Translations under genes and position numbers: made by a program
Assembly (NCBI RefSeq): GCF_006345805.1
Contig: NC_043007.1
Span: 38,316,001-38,380,000, forward strand
Source: Octopus sinensis
Lineage: Eukaryota
Direction of reading: 5' to 3'
DNA: 64,000 nt
Shown here: positions 1 through 12,882 of the stretch, one piece after another
How positions within the stretch are numbered: the stretch's first letter is position 1
Layout: every line of letters starts with the position of its first letter
The notes under the pieces: model-generated
Seen by the model: only the letters and a program-made list of their open reading frames with translations
The model's database searches: none
Told to the model about the DNA's origin: nothing

Positions 1-26
1 ATTTCTTTAAATATTTTCTTCCAAAG

Positions 27-216
27 ATAATTCTGGAAACAAAAAGTGGTCCCATACAGAGCATGGTTGTTCATGACGTGACTAAGTTCTATGATCAAGA
101 CTTAATAGTTGCCGATTCTTTGGGCATGTTAACTATCTTCTGCAACCAACAAATTCTCAGCCGTCAGAAACTATCCAACGGTGCTATCAGTCATTTACAG
201 ATAAGGACCGATCAAA
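27..216 (+). CDS. Beta-propeller-like protein, first visible internal exon (IILETKSGPIQSMVVHDVTKFYDQDLIVADSLGMLTIFCNQQILSRQKLSNGAISHLQIRTDQ)
   Basis: AG at 25-26, GTAAGG at 217. 190 nt open frame ending in phase 1, which fits the next exon. Upstream exons lie outside the window. Confidence 0.85.
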
Positions 217-520
217 GTAAGGAAGTTTATTTTAAATGATTTTTCTAATATCTTAATAAATATTGAGTATTCATCATGATGATGATAAACAATTGAACAA
301 GAAAGAATATTATTCTTATATAAGGTCTGCAGAGATTCTAGGAATCTTGAAATCATTGAGAATATAGTCTCTTGCTATATTTTCTTGTGCTTGAGAGTTT
401 TTCAGCTAAAACTAAAAATATTTTCACAAACACTATAGTTTATATCATATGCTGCAATAAATTAATTTAAATGATATCCTTTTTTTTTTTTGTTTTTCTT
501 TTGGTGATTCTTATCCTCAG

Positions 521-624
521 CCGGTGATTTAGCCATTGTGACAAGTGATGAGTTTGGTATTGTCTGTGCCAGTAAAGTTTCAGAGGAACTATGGAAGATA
601 AACCTTAATAACAAATGCACAAAG
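521..624 (+). CDS. Beta-propeller-like protein exon (TGDLAIVTSDEFGIVCASKVSEELWKINLNNKCTK)
   Basis: Polypyrimidine tract plus CAG, donor GTAATG. 104 nt, phase 1 to 0. Confidence 0.85.
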
Positions 625-2610
625 GTAATGTATATATTTTCATCACATGAAAATATTATTATTATTATAAGCTAGTAGGGTATTAAGAGCACCATCCGAA
701 CATGATCATTGCCAGAGTGGCTATCTGGCCTCCGTGCTGGTGGCACATAAAAAATACCATTCAAGCATGATCGTTACCAGCATCGCCTTACTGGCACCCA
801 CGTCGGTGGCATGTGTAAAAGATTTGAGCGAGGTCGTTGCCAGTACCGCCTGACTGGCCCCATGCCGGTGACACGTAAAAGCACCCACTACACTCTCAGA
901 GTGGTTGACGTTAGGAAGGACATCCAGCTGTAGAAACTCTGCCAGATCAAGATTGAAGCTTGGTGCAGCCATCTGGTTCACCAGCCCTCGGTCATACGTC
1001 CAACCCATGCTAGCATGGAAAGCAGGCATTAAACGATGATGATGATAAGGTAAACCAGGCAGAACCATTAGCATGCCAGATGAAATGCCACTATGCATTT
1101 TGTATTATTAAAGAAGGCGCTGTATTTTCCCTCTTTCAGCATTTATCCTACTTCAGTGCAGCTCTGATAATTTTCCTTTTTGTTGCATTGATGCAACTGA
1201 GATGATGCATCAATCAATGTTTTGCTCTGTTTGACATTGGAGACCTCTCATCCACAGCTTATTCCTGAAAGCTCTATTTTCTTGCTACAAGTTGACTGGA
1301 AGTAAAATTTGAACTCAGAACAAAGACTTTGAATTGATACAGTCACTACAAGGTATCTTTCTGATGGCAAAGGATAAAAAACAAAAATGATCAGTAGATT
1401 GTTCTCGTTTAACATTGTTCTAATGTACATTTTCTTAGGCTTTTCTGGGTAGGATGACACACTGCAATACTGCAATGCAGGTAAATTAGCTGACAAAATG
1501 TTTTGTGGCATTTACTTAGCTTTTTTTACATTCCGAGTTCAAATCCTGCTAAAGTCAATTTCACCTTTTTGTCCTTGCAGAGTTGATAAATTAAGTACAA
1601 GTCATGCACTGGATTGATAGAAACAAATTTATGTCCTTGTACCTATATTAGAAATCATTGTAATTGAAGCTCTTTATATTCTGAGTTCAAATCTCACCAA
1701 AGTTAACTTAGACTTTTATCTTTATGGGGTTGATAAATAAAGTACCACTTAAGTGCTGAGTTGATATAGCTGGTTTTTCCTCTGACCACAAATTTGTAAC
1801 TGTGTGCCAGTGCAAGAAATCATCATCATTATTATTATGACAGCAAGCTGACAGAATTGCTAACATGCAGGACAAAATACAGCTAAACATTTTGTCAGTC
1901 TTTATGTTCTGAGTTCAAATTCCACCAAGGTTGACTTGACCTTTCATCCGTTTAGGCTCAGTAAATAAGTATCAGTCAAGTACTGCATTCAGTGTAATTG
2001 ACTGGCCCTCTCTCTTAAAATCTCGGGCCTTGTGCCTTTAGTAGAAAGGATTATTATTATAATTCTTTTTCTTCTTGTCATTATTAAGGTAATGAACAGG
2101 CAGAATCATATGTATGTTGAAGAAAGTGCTTAATTGTGTTTCTTCTGGCACTTTATAACCTGATTTCAAATTCCATCAAGATCAACTTAGCCTCTCTTCC
2201 TTTTGGGGTTAGCAAAATAAGTATTAGTCAAGTACTGGTTGATGTAGTCAACTAAACCCTCCCCTCAAAATTGCTGACTTTGCACATAAATTAAAAACGA
2301 TTATTATCTATATATTTATTTTGCAAGATTCTTTATGTGAAATTGTGTATTGAAACAATATTGTTGTATTTAGGAATGGTCATGTTGCCAGATTAGCCAA
2401 TAAAAACACATGCAGTATATATTTGGTGTTAATTTGCTTCAGCTTTATTTATTTTTTTACTTTTTTACATTAATCTTAATCTTGAGCAAATTAACACCAA
2501 ATATATAGTGCATGTGTTTTTATTGGCTAATCTGGCAACATGACCATTCCTAAATACAACAGATTATTATCTATTTATTCATTTATGTTATGCATTGGTT
2601 TACTCTGCAG

Positions 2611-2778
2611 GAACTGAAGGGTGAGATAATTGTGAAAAGCCTCTTGTCTGTGGACTTCGTTGATCAACATGGCCACAAGTCATGCTATGTGCTCATATCA
2701 GACAACATGAAGCAAATATTTGTGTTACGAGATGGCTCTATTGTGAACCTACTGACAGCACCAGCTGTTGTAGTGGCT
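2611..2778 (+). CDS. Beta-propeller-like protein exon (ELKGEIIVKSLLSVDFVDQHGHKSCYVLISDNMKQIFVLRDGSIVNLLTAPAVVVA)
   Basis: TGCAG acceptor, GTAAGT donor, 168 nt, phase 0-0. Lies within ORF 2590-2823. Confidence 0.85.
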
Positions 2779-3605
2779 GTAAGTATCTCTTTTACTGTCT
2801 TGTATCTAAGGGTCCACTTATAAAGTGGGTTCCACTTCTGGTCATTGTTGGGATTTCGTGTCCCTCTGCTAATTTAGTTGTAGTGGGTTGTAGTTGTTAG
2901 TTTTCTGTATTAGTGGACTGTAGTGATATATAACTGACTCATATTTCATTAAAAAAAATTGGGAAAAAAATCAATGATAAAATCAACAGAATTTTAACTT
3001 TATACGTCCTATAAAAGTACCAGTATTGTTACAATGATTCATCTACTTTTCCTGTTTTATCCATATATATATGCTGGTGCCATGTAAAAATTACCCATAC
3101 TGGTACCCATTTCTATGTTATCCTCTTGTGGGAAATAAAAAAATCAACTGGTACCCTGTAAAAAGCAACCATGCCAGTTTCACTTGAGAAGCACCTGTGC
3201 TGGCACCACATGAAAAGCACAGGTGCCAGGCCATGTAAAGAGCACGTAAGAAGCCCCCATACTTGTGCCACAATAAAAGCACCCAACACACTCTAGAAAG
3301 TGGTTGGTGTTAGGAAGGGCATCCAGCCATAGAAACCAAGCCAAATCAGACTAGGACCTAGTGCAGCTCTCCAACTTGCAAGCATGGAAAATGGAGTTTA
3401 AGTGATGATGATGATATTTAGTGGCATGTTGTGGTTAAGAATAGTCAATGATAGGTAATGGACTGAGTTTTAGCATTTGATATTTATAGAAATTGAGATG
3501 CCAGGTTCAGTTCCACTATGCAACACCTTGGGCAAGTGTCTTCTGCTATAACCCCAAGACAACCAAAGCTTAGTGAGTGGATTTGATAGACAGAAAATGA
3601 AAGAA

Positions 3606-3845
3606 GGCAGCGAGCTGGCAGAAATGTTAGCATGCCGGGCGAAATGCTTAGTGGTATTTCATCTGCTGCTACATTTTGAGTTCAAATTCCGCCGAGGTCA
3701 ACCTTGCCTGTCATCCTTTCGGGGTCGATTAAATAAGTACCAGTTACGCACTGGGGTTGATATAATCGACTTAATCCATTTGTCTGTCCTTGTTTGTCCC
3801 CTCTGTGTTTAGCCCCTTGTGGGCAGTAAAGAAAGAGGAAATAAG
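3606..3845 (+). mobile_element. tRNA-derived SINE family B (central segment resembles the Meta/MESC domain), fused to a family A fragment upstream
   Basis: GCGAGCTGGCAGAA head, B box GAGTTCAAATT, GAGGTCAACCTTGCCTGTCATCCTTTCGGGGTCGATTAAATAAGTACCAG core. Confidence 0.75.
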
Positions 3846-4151
3846 AAAATGAAAAAAGCCTGTCGTATACATATGTATGTGTACCCTTGTTTTCATGTGA
3901 TTACTGTACACAAGCATCACTGTTATACAGGTGAGGTTCTTTTGCAATTCTCTGTGCAAAATATGACCGTTCATGGAGAAATAATATTACCTTGCTTGAA
4001 AACAGTTGAGTGTTGGTGAGAGGAAGGACAGATGGCAATAGAAAATCTGCCGCAACAAATTCCAGCATGGAAAGGAAGACATTGAAATGATAATAATTTT
4101 GATGATGATATTCTGTTTATTCCAATTAATGAGCTTGTTTTTTTTTTCCAG

Positions 4152-4301
4152 ATGTGTAAAGGTTCATTTGTAAACAGCAATATATTAGGTTACCCAGCAC
4201 AACCCAATGGTGACATAGCCAGAGATACTGACCCATCAGAAAATACACAAGTCCTCCTCGGCACTGAGAATGGTGCAATATACTTCCTTCACAATTTTAC
4301 G
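4152..4301 (+). CDS. Beta-propeller-like protein exon (MCKGSFVNSNILGYPAQPNGDIARDTDPSENTQVLLGTENGAIYFLHNFT)
   Basis: Poly-T plus CCAG acceptor, GTGAGT donor, 150 nt. VLLGTENGAIY resembles a beta-propeller blade strand pair. Confidence 0.85.
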
Positions 4302-4473
4302 GTGAGTTATTTTTATGTTTTCCTATTGGTTTTTTTCTTTTTCTTTTTTCTAAATTAATGTTTTCAAACCAATTTGAGAAAGAAAGTAAAAATAGCAACA
4401 GGCCTACTTTGGTGTTTATAATGCCTAGTGTCATTTACATATTAAAATAATAGCAATTAATTTATAAAACTAA

Positions 4474-4797
4474 GCCTCGTCTGGCACCTGTGTCTGTGGC
4501 ACATAAAAAACACCATCCGAGCGTGGCCGTCTGCCAGCCTCGTCTGGCACCTGTGTCAGTGGCACATAAAAAACACCATCCGAGCGTGGCCGTTCGCCAG
4601 CCTCGTCCGGCACCTGTGTCGGTGGCACATAAAATCACCCACTACACTCTCGGAGTGGTTGGCGTTAGGAAGGGCATCCAGCTGTAGAAACACTGCCAGA
4701 TCTGACTGGCCTGGTGCAGCCTTCGGGCTCCCCAGACCCCATTTGAACCGTCCAACCCATGCTAGCATGGAAAGCGGACGTTAAACGATGATGATGA
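4474..4797 (+). mobile_element. Repeat family C (SINE-like with RTE/Ceph-like tail and (GAT)n end), with 63-bp tandem subrepeats
   Basis: GGTTGGCGTTAGGAAGGGCATCCAGCTGTAGAAA ... CCAACCCATGCTAGCATGGAAAGCGGACGTTAAACGATGATG. Other copies at 686-1046, 5570-5940(-), 14470-14735, 18977-19192, 22867-23175(-), 39301-39690(-), 54990-55135, 62250-62420. Confidence 0.75.
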
Positions 4798-7070
4798 AAT
4801 ATTGTGTGGCTGCTGGTGCCATGTAAAAAGCACTTAACATACTCTGTAAAGTGGTTGGCATTAGGAAGGTGCATCCAGCTTTAGGAACCAAACCAAAACA
4901 GACTATGGAACTTGGAGCAACCCCTCGCCTAGCCAGTTCCTGTCAAGCTGTCTAACTTATGCCAACATAGAAAACAGACTTTAAATATTGATGATGATGA
5001 TGATGATGATGATGAAATGTTGTACACCATTCATGCACTTCTCAGGTTCTTTACTCAATACCTAGTAGCATTTCATCTGGCTCCTGACATGCTAAGTTCA
5101 AATCCCACTGAAATCAACTCATCCTTTTGAGGGTCAATAAAATAACCAGTGAAGTACTGGAGTTGATGTAATCAACTGTCCCCACCAAATTGCTGGCCTG
5201 GTATCCAAATCTGAAATAGGTTTTTAAATAAGTACTGGGGATTTAAGGTGGTGAGCTGGCAAAATCGTTAGCATGCTGAGCAAGATGCTTAGGGGCCTTT
5301 TGTTCATCTCTACATTCTGATATCAAATTCTGCCGAGGTTGATTTTTATCTTTCAGCATTTTAGGGTCGATAAAATAAGTACTAGTTGATGACTGGGGTC
5401 ATTTTAATTGACTTGACCCCTCTCTCAAAGCTGCTGGCCTTGAGCCAAAATTTGAAATCAATATAAGTACTGGGGTACAATACAGTTAATTAAACTGACT
5501 CCCAGGAAGGGAGGGGAAAAAATGTTGATCTTAGTGGGAATTGAACATATAATGGCCATTCCATAAGTCATCATCATCGTTTAGCGTTCGCTTTCCATGC
5601 TGGCATGGGTTGGATGGTTCAACTGGGGTCTGGGAAGCCAGAAGGCTGCACCAGGCCCAGTCTGATCTGGCAATGTTTCTATGGCTGGATGCCCTTCCTA
5701 ACGCCAACCACTCTGTGAGTGTAGTGGGTGCTTTTTACGTGCCAGACGAGGCTGGCAAATGGCCACGATTGGATGGTGCCTTTTACTTGCCACCGGCACG
5801 GAGGCCAGGTGAGGCTGGCAACGGCCACGATCGGATGGTACTTTTTACGTGCCACCGGCATGGCGCTGGCAACGGCCACGTTCGGATGGTTCTCTTATGT
5901 GCCACCGGCACTGGTATCACAGCTACAATTTCCATTGATGTTGATCGATTTTGATTTTTGAAGTCATAATGATGATAAAATAATTTTGTATTAAAATCAC
6001 AAGGTTTGAAATTTGGGGGTGGGTAATTGATTTAATTGACTACAGCTCTTGAATGGTACTTTATTTTATTAATGCCAGTATATTGAAAAGAAAATATGAC
6101 CTCAGCCACATTTGAATTCAGAATGTGAAGAGCCAGAATAAATACTGCAAAGCATTTTGTCTTCTGATACTCTGCCAATTCTGCCAATTCATCAACCTTT
6201 ATTATCAGAAAGTCTCTAACAAAGTCATAAATTAACAGGTTAGTCGATCAAATGAACCTCAATACTTAACTGGTACTTTTTTTTTTAATGGCTCTGGAGG
6301 GATGAAAAGCAGACTAGGCCTTAGTGGAATTTGAACTTGCAATGTAAAGACCAAAGTATATTCATCCAACACTCTAATGAGTCTGCCAATCCACAATAAT
6401 AATAATAATAATAATGATAATAATAATTTCTACTATAGGCACAAAGCCTGAAATTTTAGGGAATGGGTCTACTTGTACTTATTTTATCAATCCTGAAAGA
6501 ATTAAAGGCAAAGTTGACCTTGGTGAAATTTGAACTCAGAACATGAAGATGGACAAAATGCCACTTAGCTGTCTTCTACTATAGCCTCGGGCTGACCAAA
6601 GCCTTGTGAGTGGATTTGGTAGATGGAAACTGAAAGAAGCCCGTCGTATATATGTATATATATATATATGTTTGTCTCCCCAACATCGCTTGACAACCGA
6701 TGCTGGTGTGTTTACCTCCCCGAAACTTAGCGGTTCGGCAAAAGAGACCGATAGAATAAGTACTAGGCTAACAAAGAATAAGTCTTGGGGTCGATTTGCT
6801 CAACTAAAGGCGGTGCTCCAGCATGGCCACAGTCAAATGACTGAAACCAGTAAAAAGAGAAAAAGAAAAAGGTAGAATATTTTGGCCGTATATGGCTGGT
6901 TTCAATGCTAAAAGGTTATGACCAAAAAAAAAAAGTCTCTTTGAAAATTAGTTTCAAAATGTGTATTTTCTCAGTAGTATACATATTTTGATCTACTTGA
7001 TCTGGTTATTGTAACTTCACATCTTTCATTGTATGTATTACAACTTCAACTTTGGTGCATAATATTTCAG

Positions 7071-7205
7071 ATATCTGTCGATGAATATGCCAGAGTATCT
7101 CAGCCAATACTCGACTTACAACCACTTCGCCTTCCAGATTGTTCTTCAGATTTGGTTCTATGTTCAGGCTATTATAATGCTATCACAGTGTTTTTAGAAG
7201 GCAGG
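7071..7205 (+). CDS. Beta-propeller-like protein exon (ISVDEYARVSQPILDLQPLRLPDCSSDLVLCSGYYNAITVFLEGR)
   Basis: TTTCAG acceptor, GTAAGT donor, 135 nt, phase 0-0. Confidence 0.85.
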
Positions 7206-8015
7206 GTAAGTTCATTTTTGTTTACTAACCTGATTTTCATAGGACTTGAAATTTAATTTTGTTGTTATCCGTTTTAACTTTCTGTTTTAACAACTAATAA
7301 GTGCAAGCATGGCTTTGTGGTTAAGAAGCTTGTTTGATAACCACATGGTTTCAGGTTCAGTCCCATTGCACTGCACCTTGGGCAAGTGTTTTGAATTATA
7401 TAGTACCTGGTCAACCAATGCTTCAAGTGAATTTGGGGGATGAAAATTGTGTTCAAACCATTCATACACACACACACACACACACATACATACATATATA
7501 TATACATAAACATACGTTTGTATATGTGTGTGTGTCTTTCTTTTAGTGCCCCTGCCACCACTTGAGAACTGGTGTTAGTTTGTTTATGTTCTCCATAATT
7601 TAGTGGTTCAGCAAAGTAGCTCAGTAGAATAAGTACCAGGTTTAAAAAAAGAAACGTATGTACTGGGAGTGATTTATTTCACTAAAACCCTTCCCAGCAG
7701 TGCCCCAGCATGGCCACAGTTCAATGATTGACGCAAGTGAAAGATACAAGATAAATAGAATTTTATTATTTATGAGTCATTATAACAGTCATATTCTCAT
7801 GCTGGTACATGTCAGAGAGATCGGTAATACATTGTACTGCTACTCAGTTTTGTTATCTGTGAGGCATCAAATCCCCAAGTCTCTATCAGAATCGCCTTAC
7901 TGTCTTAAAAATAGCTAAGGCATTGTGGAAAGTCAATGTATGCATCTTTATTTGCACATACCAGTGTAAAATAGTGTGTTCAGTTGAAGCTTTTTACATC
8001 AAAAAGTTAACATAG

Positions 8016-8397
8016 CATAGGAGTAGCTGTGTGGTAAGTAGCTTGCTTATGAACCACATGATTCCGGGTTCAATCCCACTGTGTGGCACCTTGGGCAAGT
8101 GTCTTCTACTATAGCCTTGGGCTGACAAAAGCCTTGTGAGTGGATTTGGTAGACGGAAACTGAAAGAATCCCGTCATATATATGTATATATATTTGTGTT
8201 TGTGTTTGTCCCCCGACATCACTTGACAACCGGTGCTGGTGGGTTTACATTTCCGTAACTTAGCGGTTCGGCAAAAAGAGACTGATAGAATAAGTACTAG
8301 GTTTATAAAGAATAAGTCCTGGGGGTCGATTTGCTCGACTGAAGGCGGTGCTCCAGCATGGCCACAGTCAAATGACTGAAACAAGTAAAAGAGATAG
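8016..8397 (+). mobile_element. SINE family A, full copy
   Basis: Same head, CORE-like segment and tail as 17396-17792. Confidence 0.8.
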
Positions 8398-8534
8398 CAA
8401 TTACAATAAACAGACTGAAATAAGTACTGGAGTTTACATGATCAACTAAATCTTTTGAAGACAGTGCACCAACATATTAGTAGTCCAGTGAAAGAATAAC
8501 ACAAAACCCAACTAAAATGGTGCATGTGTATATA

Positions 8535-8760
8535 TACTCTTTTACTCTTTACTCTTTTACTTGTTTCAGCCATTTGACTGCGGCCATGCTGGAGCACCGC
8601 CTTTAGTCGAGCAAATCGACCCTGGGACTTATTCTTTGTAAACCCAGTACTTATTCTATCGGTCTCTTTTGCCGAACCGCTAAGTGACGGGGACGTAAAC
8701 ACACCAGCATCGGTTGTCAAGCGATGTTGGAGGGGGACAAACACAGACACACAAACACAT

Positions 8761-8798
<38 letters not shown>

Positions 8799-8962
8799 GA
8801 CAGGCTTCTTTCAGTTTCTGTCTACCAAATCCACTCCAAAGGCATTGGTCGGCCCGGGACTAAAGCAGAAGACACTTGCCCAAGATGCCATGCAGTGGGA
8901 CTGAACCCAGAACCATGTGGTTGGTTAGCAAGCTACTTACCACACAGCCACTCCTGCGCCTA
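8535..8962 (-). mobile_element. SINE family A, full copy, inverted
   Basis: Reverse complement of the family A consensus. Other copies near 6570-6850(+), 7296-7745(+), 9620-10075(-), 25310-25540(+), 31215-31610(-), 32640-33030(+), 57270-57420(+). Confidence 0.8.
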
Positions 8963-8981
8963 AATGTACTTTATAACAAAA

Positions 8982-9364
8982 CTAGCAGTATCGCCCGGCG
9001 TTGCTCAGGTTTGTAAGGGAAATAACTATAAAGCATTTTTAGAGAGTTATAGCCAAAAAATAGCCAAGAAATGGAAAAAAATGATGGTAAATTTTTTTGA
9101 GAGTTAAAAAAGGTGGAGTTGCGTCCCCTAGACAGTTTGAGGTTTGTGTTTCTGATTCTCGACCCCATGTCGAATTTATCGATTTTTTTCAGAACTGGGG
9201 GGACTTTACAAAATTTTCGCTGCGTTAGTTTTGAATTATGACATTGGGCTATGTGTGTGTCAAGTTTCATCAGAATCGGTTGAAAGCCGTGGTCAGGGTG
9301 AGGGTACAAGCAAACAGACACACAGAAACACGCACAGACAAACTGCCGTTTATATAGAGAGAGA
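8982..9364 (-). mobile_element. Non-autonomous Helitron, complete
   Basis: Minus strand begins A|TC (TCTCTCTCTATATAAAC) and ends CCTGAGCAACGCCGGG..ATACTGCTAG|T, i.e. 3' hairpin plus CTAG in an AT target. Confidence 0.75.
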
Positions 9365-9423
9365 TTGCTTTCAAGGTTCAATTTCAAACCTGTTTATTTT
9401 CTTTTACTTCACTTTGTTTACAG

Positions 9424-9558
9424 AAAATCTGCCAATACACCACACCTGACTGGGTGAGTACGATGGATATAGCAGATACTGATGAAGATGGCACTGATGA
9501 GATTATCCTTGGATGTAAAGACAATACTATTCAGATTATAAAATTATCTATCAAGTGA
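9424..9558 (+). CDS. Beta-propeller-like protein terminal coding exon (KICQYTTPDWVSTMDIADTDEDGTDEIILGCKDNTIQIIKLSIK*)
   Basis: Long polypyrimidine tract plus TACAG, TGA at 9556-9558. DIADTDEDGTDEIILG matches the DxDxDG FG-GAP/calcium-blade pattern. Confidence 0.85.
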   Translation, partial: KICQYTTPDWVSTMDIADTDEDGTDEIILGCKDNTIQIIKLSIK

Positions 9559-11029
9559 CCACTCACTTGAAAATTCTAATCAATCTTTTTTTAGATATGT
9601 ATTTATATTTCTCATATTTTCAGAGTAAGCATATTGGTATTCATTTGTCATTTGACTGCAGCCATGCTGGAGCTCCACCTTAAAGGGTTTTAGTTGAAGA
9701 AATCAAACCCAGGACTTCTTTGTAAGCCTAGTGCGTATTTTATCAATCTTTATTGCCAAACTGCTAAGTTACAAGGACATAAACACACCAGCATCATTTG
9801 TCAAGCAATGGCAGGGGAATTTTGGTAGAAGGCAATTTTAGAGGAAACGTTTAGTCAATTGCATCAACTTCAGTACATGACACACACAAATATGTATGTA
9901 TATATATATATATGCCAGGCTTCTTTCAGTTTCTGTCTACCAAATCCACTCACAAGGCTTTGGTTGGCATGAGGCTATAGTAGAAGACACTTACCCAAGG
10001 TGCCGTGCAGTGGAACTGAACTCAGAACCATGTGGTTGGAAAGAAAGCTTCTTACCATACAGCTGCACCTGTGCTTATATGTAAATTTATTTTGAATGTG
10101 TCTGTGTGTATATAAGGTGGTGAATTGGCAAAGTTGCTAGGCTAGTGTTGGATAGAATGCCTTGTGGTATTTGTTCTGTTCAAATCTCACAGAGGTCAAC
10201 TTTATCTTTCATCTTTTTAGATAAGTGAAATACAAAAGGGAGATTTGCATGCATGTGCAGATGAATGGTTATCCAAGACCAACAAAAGGCCTTCAAGAAG
10301 AAGTGTGTGTGTATACTTTGAGCATATGTTAATCTGAGTGTATAATAATTGTTAGGAGGGAAGGGGATTGACTTAAGTATTTTCTGATTCTGAAAAAGAA
10401 AACCAGTCTTTGCTGTTGTGTGTTTGCCAGGAAAGTGGACCTCAGCAGGATTTGAACTCTGAATGTAAAGTGTGTGTGTGTGTGTGTGTAACTATATACT
10501 GAAAGACATTTTATTCAATACTTTAAATAATTATAAATACTAATTATGAAGAAGTGTATTTACTTGTGGGTAGAGTTGGACTAAGAGTCATATTCTGTCA
10601 CAAAGACTGTACCACTACAAATATTCAATTTTAGCTGGCTTAGACCCCTTCATCATTAAAGCAATGAAAGGATAATAAATGTCTTAAGTTGTGCAGATAC
10701 TTTTAAAAGCTAGTGATTAGCTTTGGCCTTAAAGAATGAAAGATAACGTTCTTATATGATCTAGAATTTACTCCCTTTAGCTAGGTGTAGACTAATGGTA
10801 TTATGTTTGGGCCTTCAACTAAACTGCAATGAATTTGAACTCAACACTTGTGTGCAGGTACTTCAATACCTTATATCCATTCAGTTACTCTTGTATATGG
10901 ACAACAAGTGCACCATAATTCAATCCATTTTTATAAGAGAAAAAAAAGGCAATGAGGAAACAATGAATTTCCATGTGAGATTATAAAGAGAAAACTAGAC
11001 AAACAGACCTCATCATAGCCACTTGTTAC

Positions 11030-11400
11030 AAGGTTCATGTTCCTGATATTAGCCTTCACCACATCTTCATAAGTCATCCTTTTCTACAAGTTTCTTCTAT
11101 TTGGAATGCTTGGCACTTTTTACCCATTATGCATCATATGCCTGTACCAGTTCAGTCTTCTCTCTCTCATGCATTACATTGGATTCCTCTTATACCCTGT
11201 TTTCTCCCAGTCCATTTGTGCCATCATTCATTGAACACTAACATAACATACCCACTGCAGAGTGCACACTTCATTTCTTTCCAGCCTTCACATATTATTT
11301 TCATTGCATTTCAAATGTCATACACAAACATCATACAAACTTAACACAGAACATTGCCTGGAGAGGTAACTCCTTGAAACATTTTCCACCTTGGTTTTAA
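11030..11400 (-). mobile_element. RTE-clade LINE reverse-transcriptase C-terminal remnant
   Basis: Degenerate RLERNE..LGIRGI..RRL.WY.H pattern on the minus strand. Confidence 0.5.
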
Positions 11401-12639
11401 AATAAATAAACAATCCAAAAGAACAAATATATTTTTATATTTTAATTATAGCAAATAAATACTAGGTTTTAGTAAAAGTTCTGCTTGTCATTAAGTTTTT
11501 GACACGAAACCTAAGTGAGATCACAGAAATAAGTCTATATCTGAATTAAGAAACATTTTTCATGGTAAGGATTTCTAGTATTGGGCACAACAAGGCCACA
11601 GATTTGTAAAGGAAGAATCTAGTTTATAGAATCAACCTCAAGAATTTGACTAGTTATTTTGTTAATGATGAATGGCAAAGTTTACCTGGTGGGTTTGGGG
11701 TGAACTCAGAAGAAAGCTGCCTTTTTAAGCTTTTCATAATAATCATACATTCCACACATGAAAAATAAATGACATTTCATTAAGAGTGTGAAAAAAATTC
11801 TTATTTTTTTTTTTTATCATTCAGATATAGTTTACTTAGTTCCTTGTGCTTCATTTTATGTTTGATGTCGAAAACTTAAAATACTTCCAATATGGTTGAC
11901 ATATTTACCTCCCCACCTTCCCATATAGAGGTGCCTTTAAGGTCTCCTTTTTCTCCAGTATGATACTCCACATGTAAGCCGAGGGTACAATGAGTTGTGT
12001 ATGTACCCTGCAGTTCTGAGCTGAGGTGGATTAGTAGACAGATAAGATGGACAGAAAAAAAAAAGCAGAGCACCATATACTGATTGTTGGAAGCAGAGAA
12101 AAGAAGACAGCACCTAGCCATCTAAAAGACCTGCTCTGGGAAGATTACACATACATGCCTGAATTTATATATCAGTCCAACCCATGCCAGCATGGAAATG
12201 AAATTAAAAAAAAAACAGACTTAAAATTTAAAGACAACAAAATATGTGTGGTATATATATTGTACAACACACTTCTTAAAAGCAAGAAGCTTGACATGTT
12301 AAGTCACACATGGACCACATTTGCAAATATGAGATGAAATTCATAAAAAAAAAAAACAACAAAAAATGAGATAGAGATGTTGATGTAATGGTTTTGTCCA
12401 TTCCTGTCATTTTCTTATTTTCTGATGTCAATCGTATTTTTTTTTTCATTTCCTTGTAATGATATTTGTTGACCTTTTGTTGTTGTTTTTGATGTTATAT
12501 ATTCAAAAACAGTAATATATATATGTGTATATATATATATGTTTAAAAACAACAACAACCTCCTTCTCCCATTAAAACTTTGATAGGAATAGAATACTTC
12601 TGAATATATTGATAGATCCACAGGAATGCACTGAATGGG

Positions 12640-12765
12640 TCAAGATAGACAATAGTCACTTTCCATTGCATTCCAATCAATGTTGGCAAAAAACGGGTGT
12701 GCCTTGATGTCTTCAGCTCCGTTTATCCCACTTCCAAGACGTTCACGAGGATTGTAGCATAACAA
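12640..12765 (-). CDS. RPS6KC1: RPS6KC1 terminal coding exon (LLCYNPRERLGSGINGAEDIKAHPFFANIDWNAMESDYCLS*)
   Basis: AGC-kinase subdomain XI RLG.G..GAEDIKAHPFF..IDW. Stop TGA at 12640-12642. Confidence 0.95.
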   Translation of the reverse strand: MLCYNPRERLGSGINGAEDIKAHPFFANIDWNAMESDYCLS

Positions 12766-12882
12766 CTGGGAAAAGAAAAGGGAAAGCAAAGAGAAATTTT
12801 AAGAAATATACCAACAAAACAAAATCAAGACATATATATTAGTGACAGAGGCAATATTAATACCAAGCGTTAATATTTATTC

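Noticed and set aside
4474-4635. Regular direct repeats as a CRISPR-like array
   Set aside because: Head-to-tail units without unique spacers, eukaryotic context, and part of a dispersed repeat.
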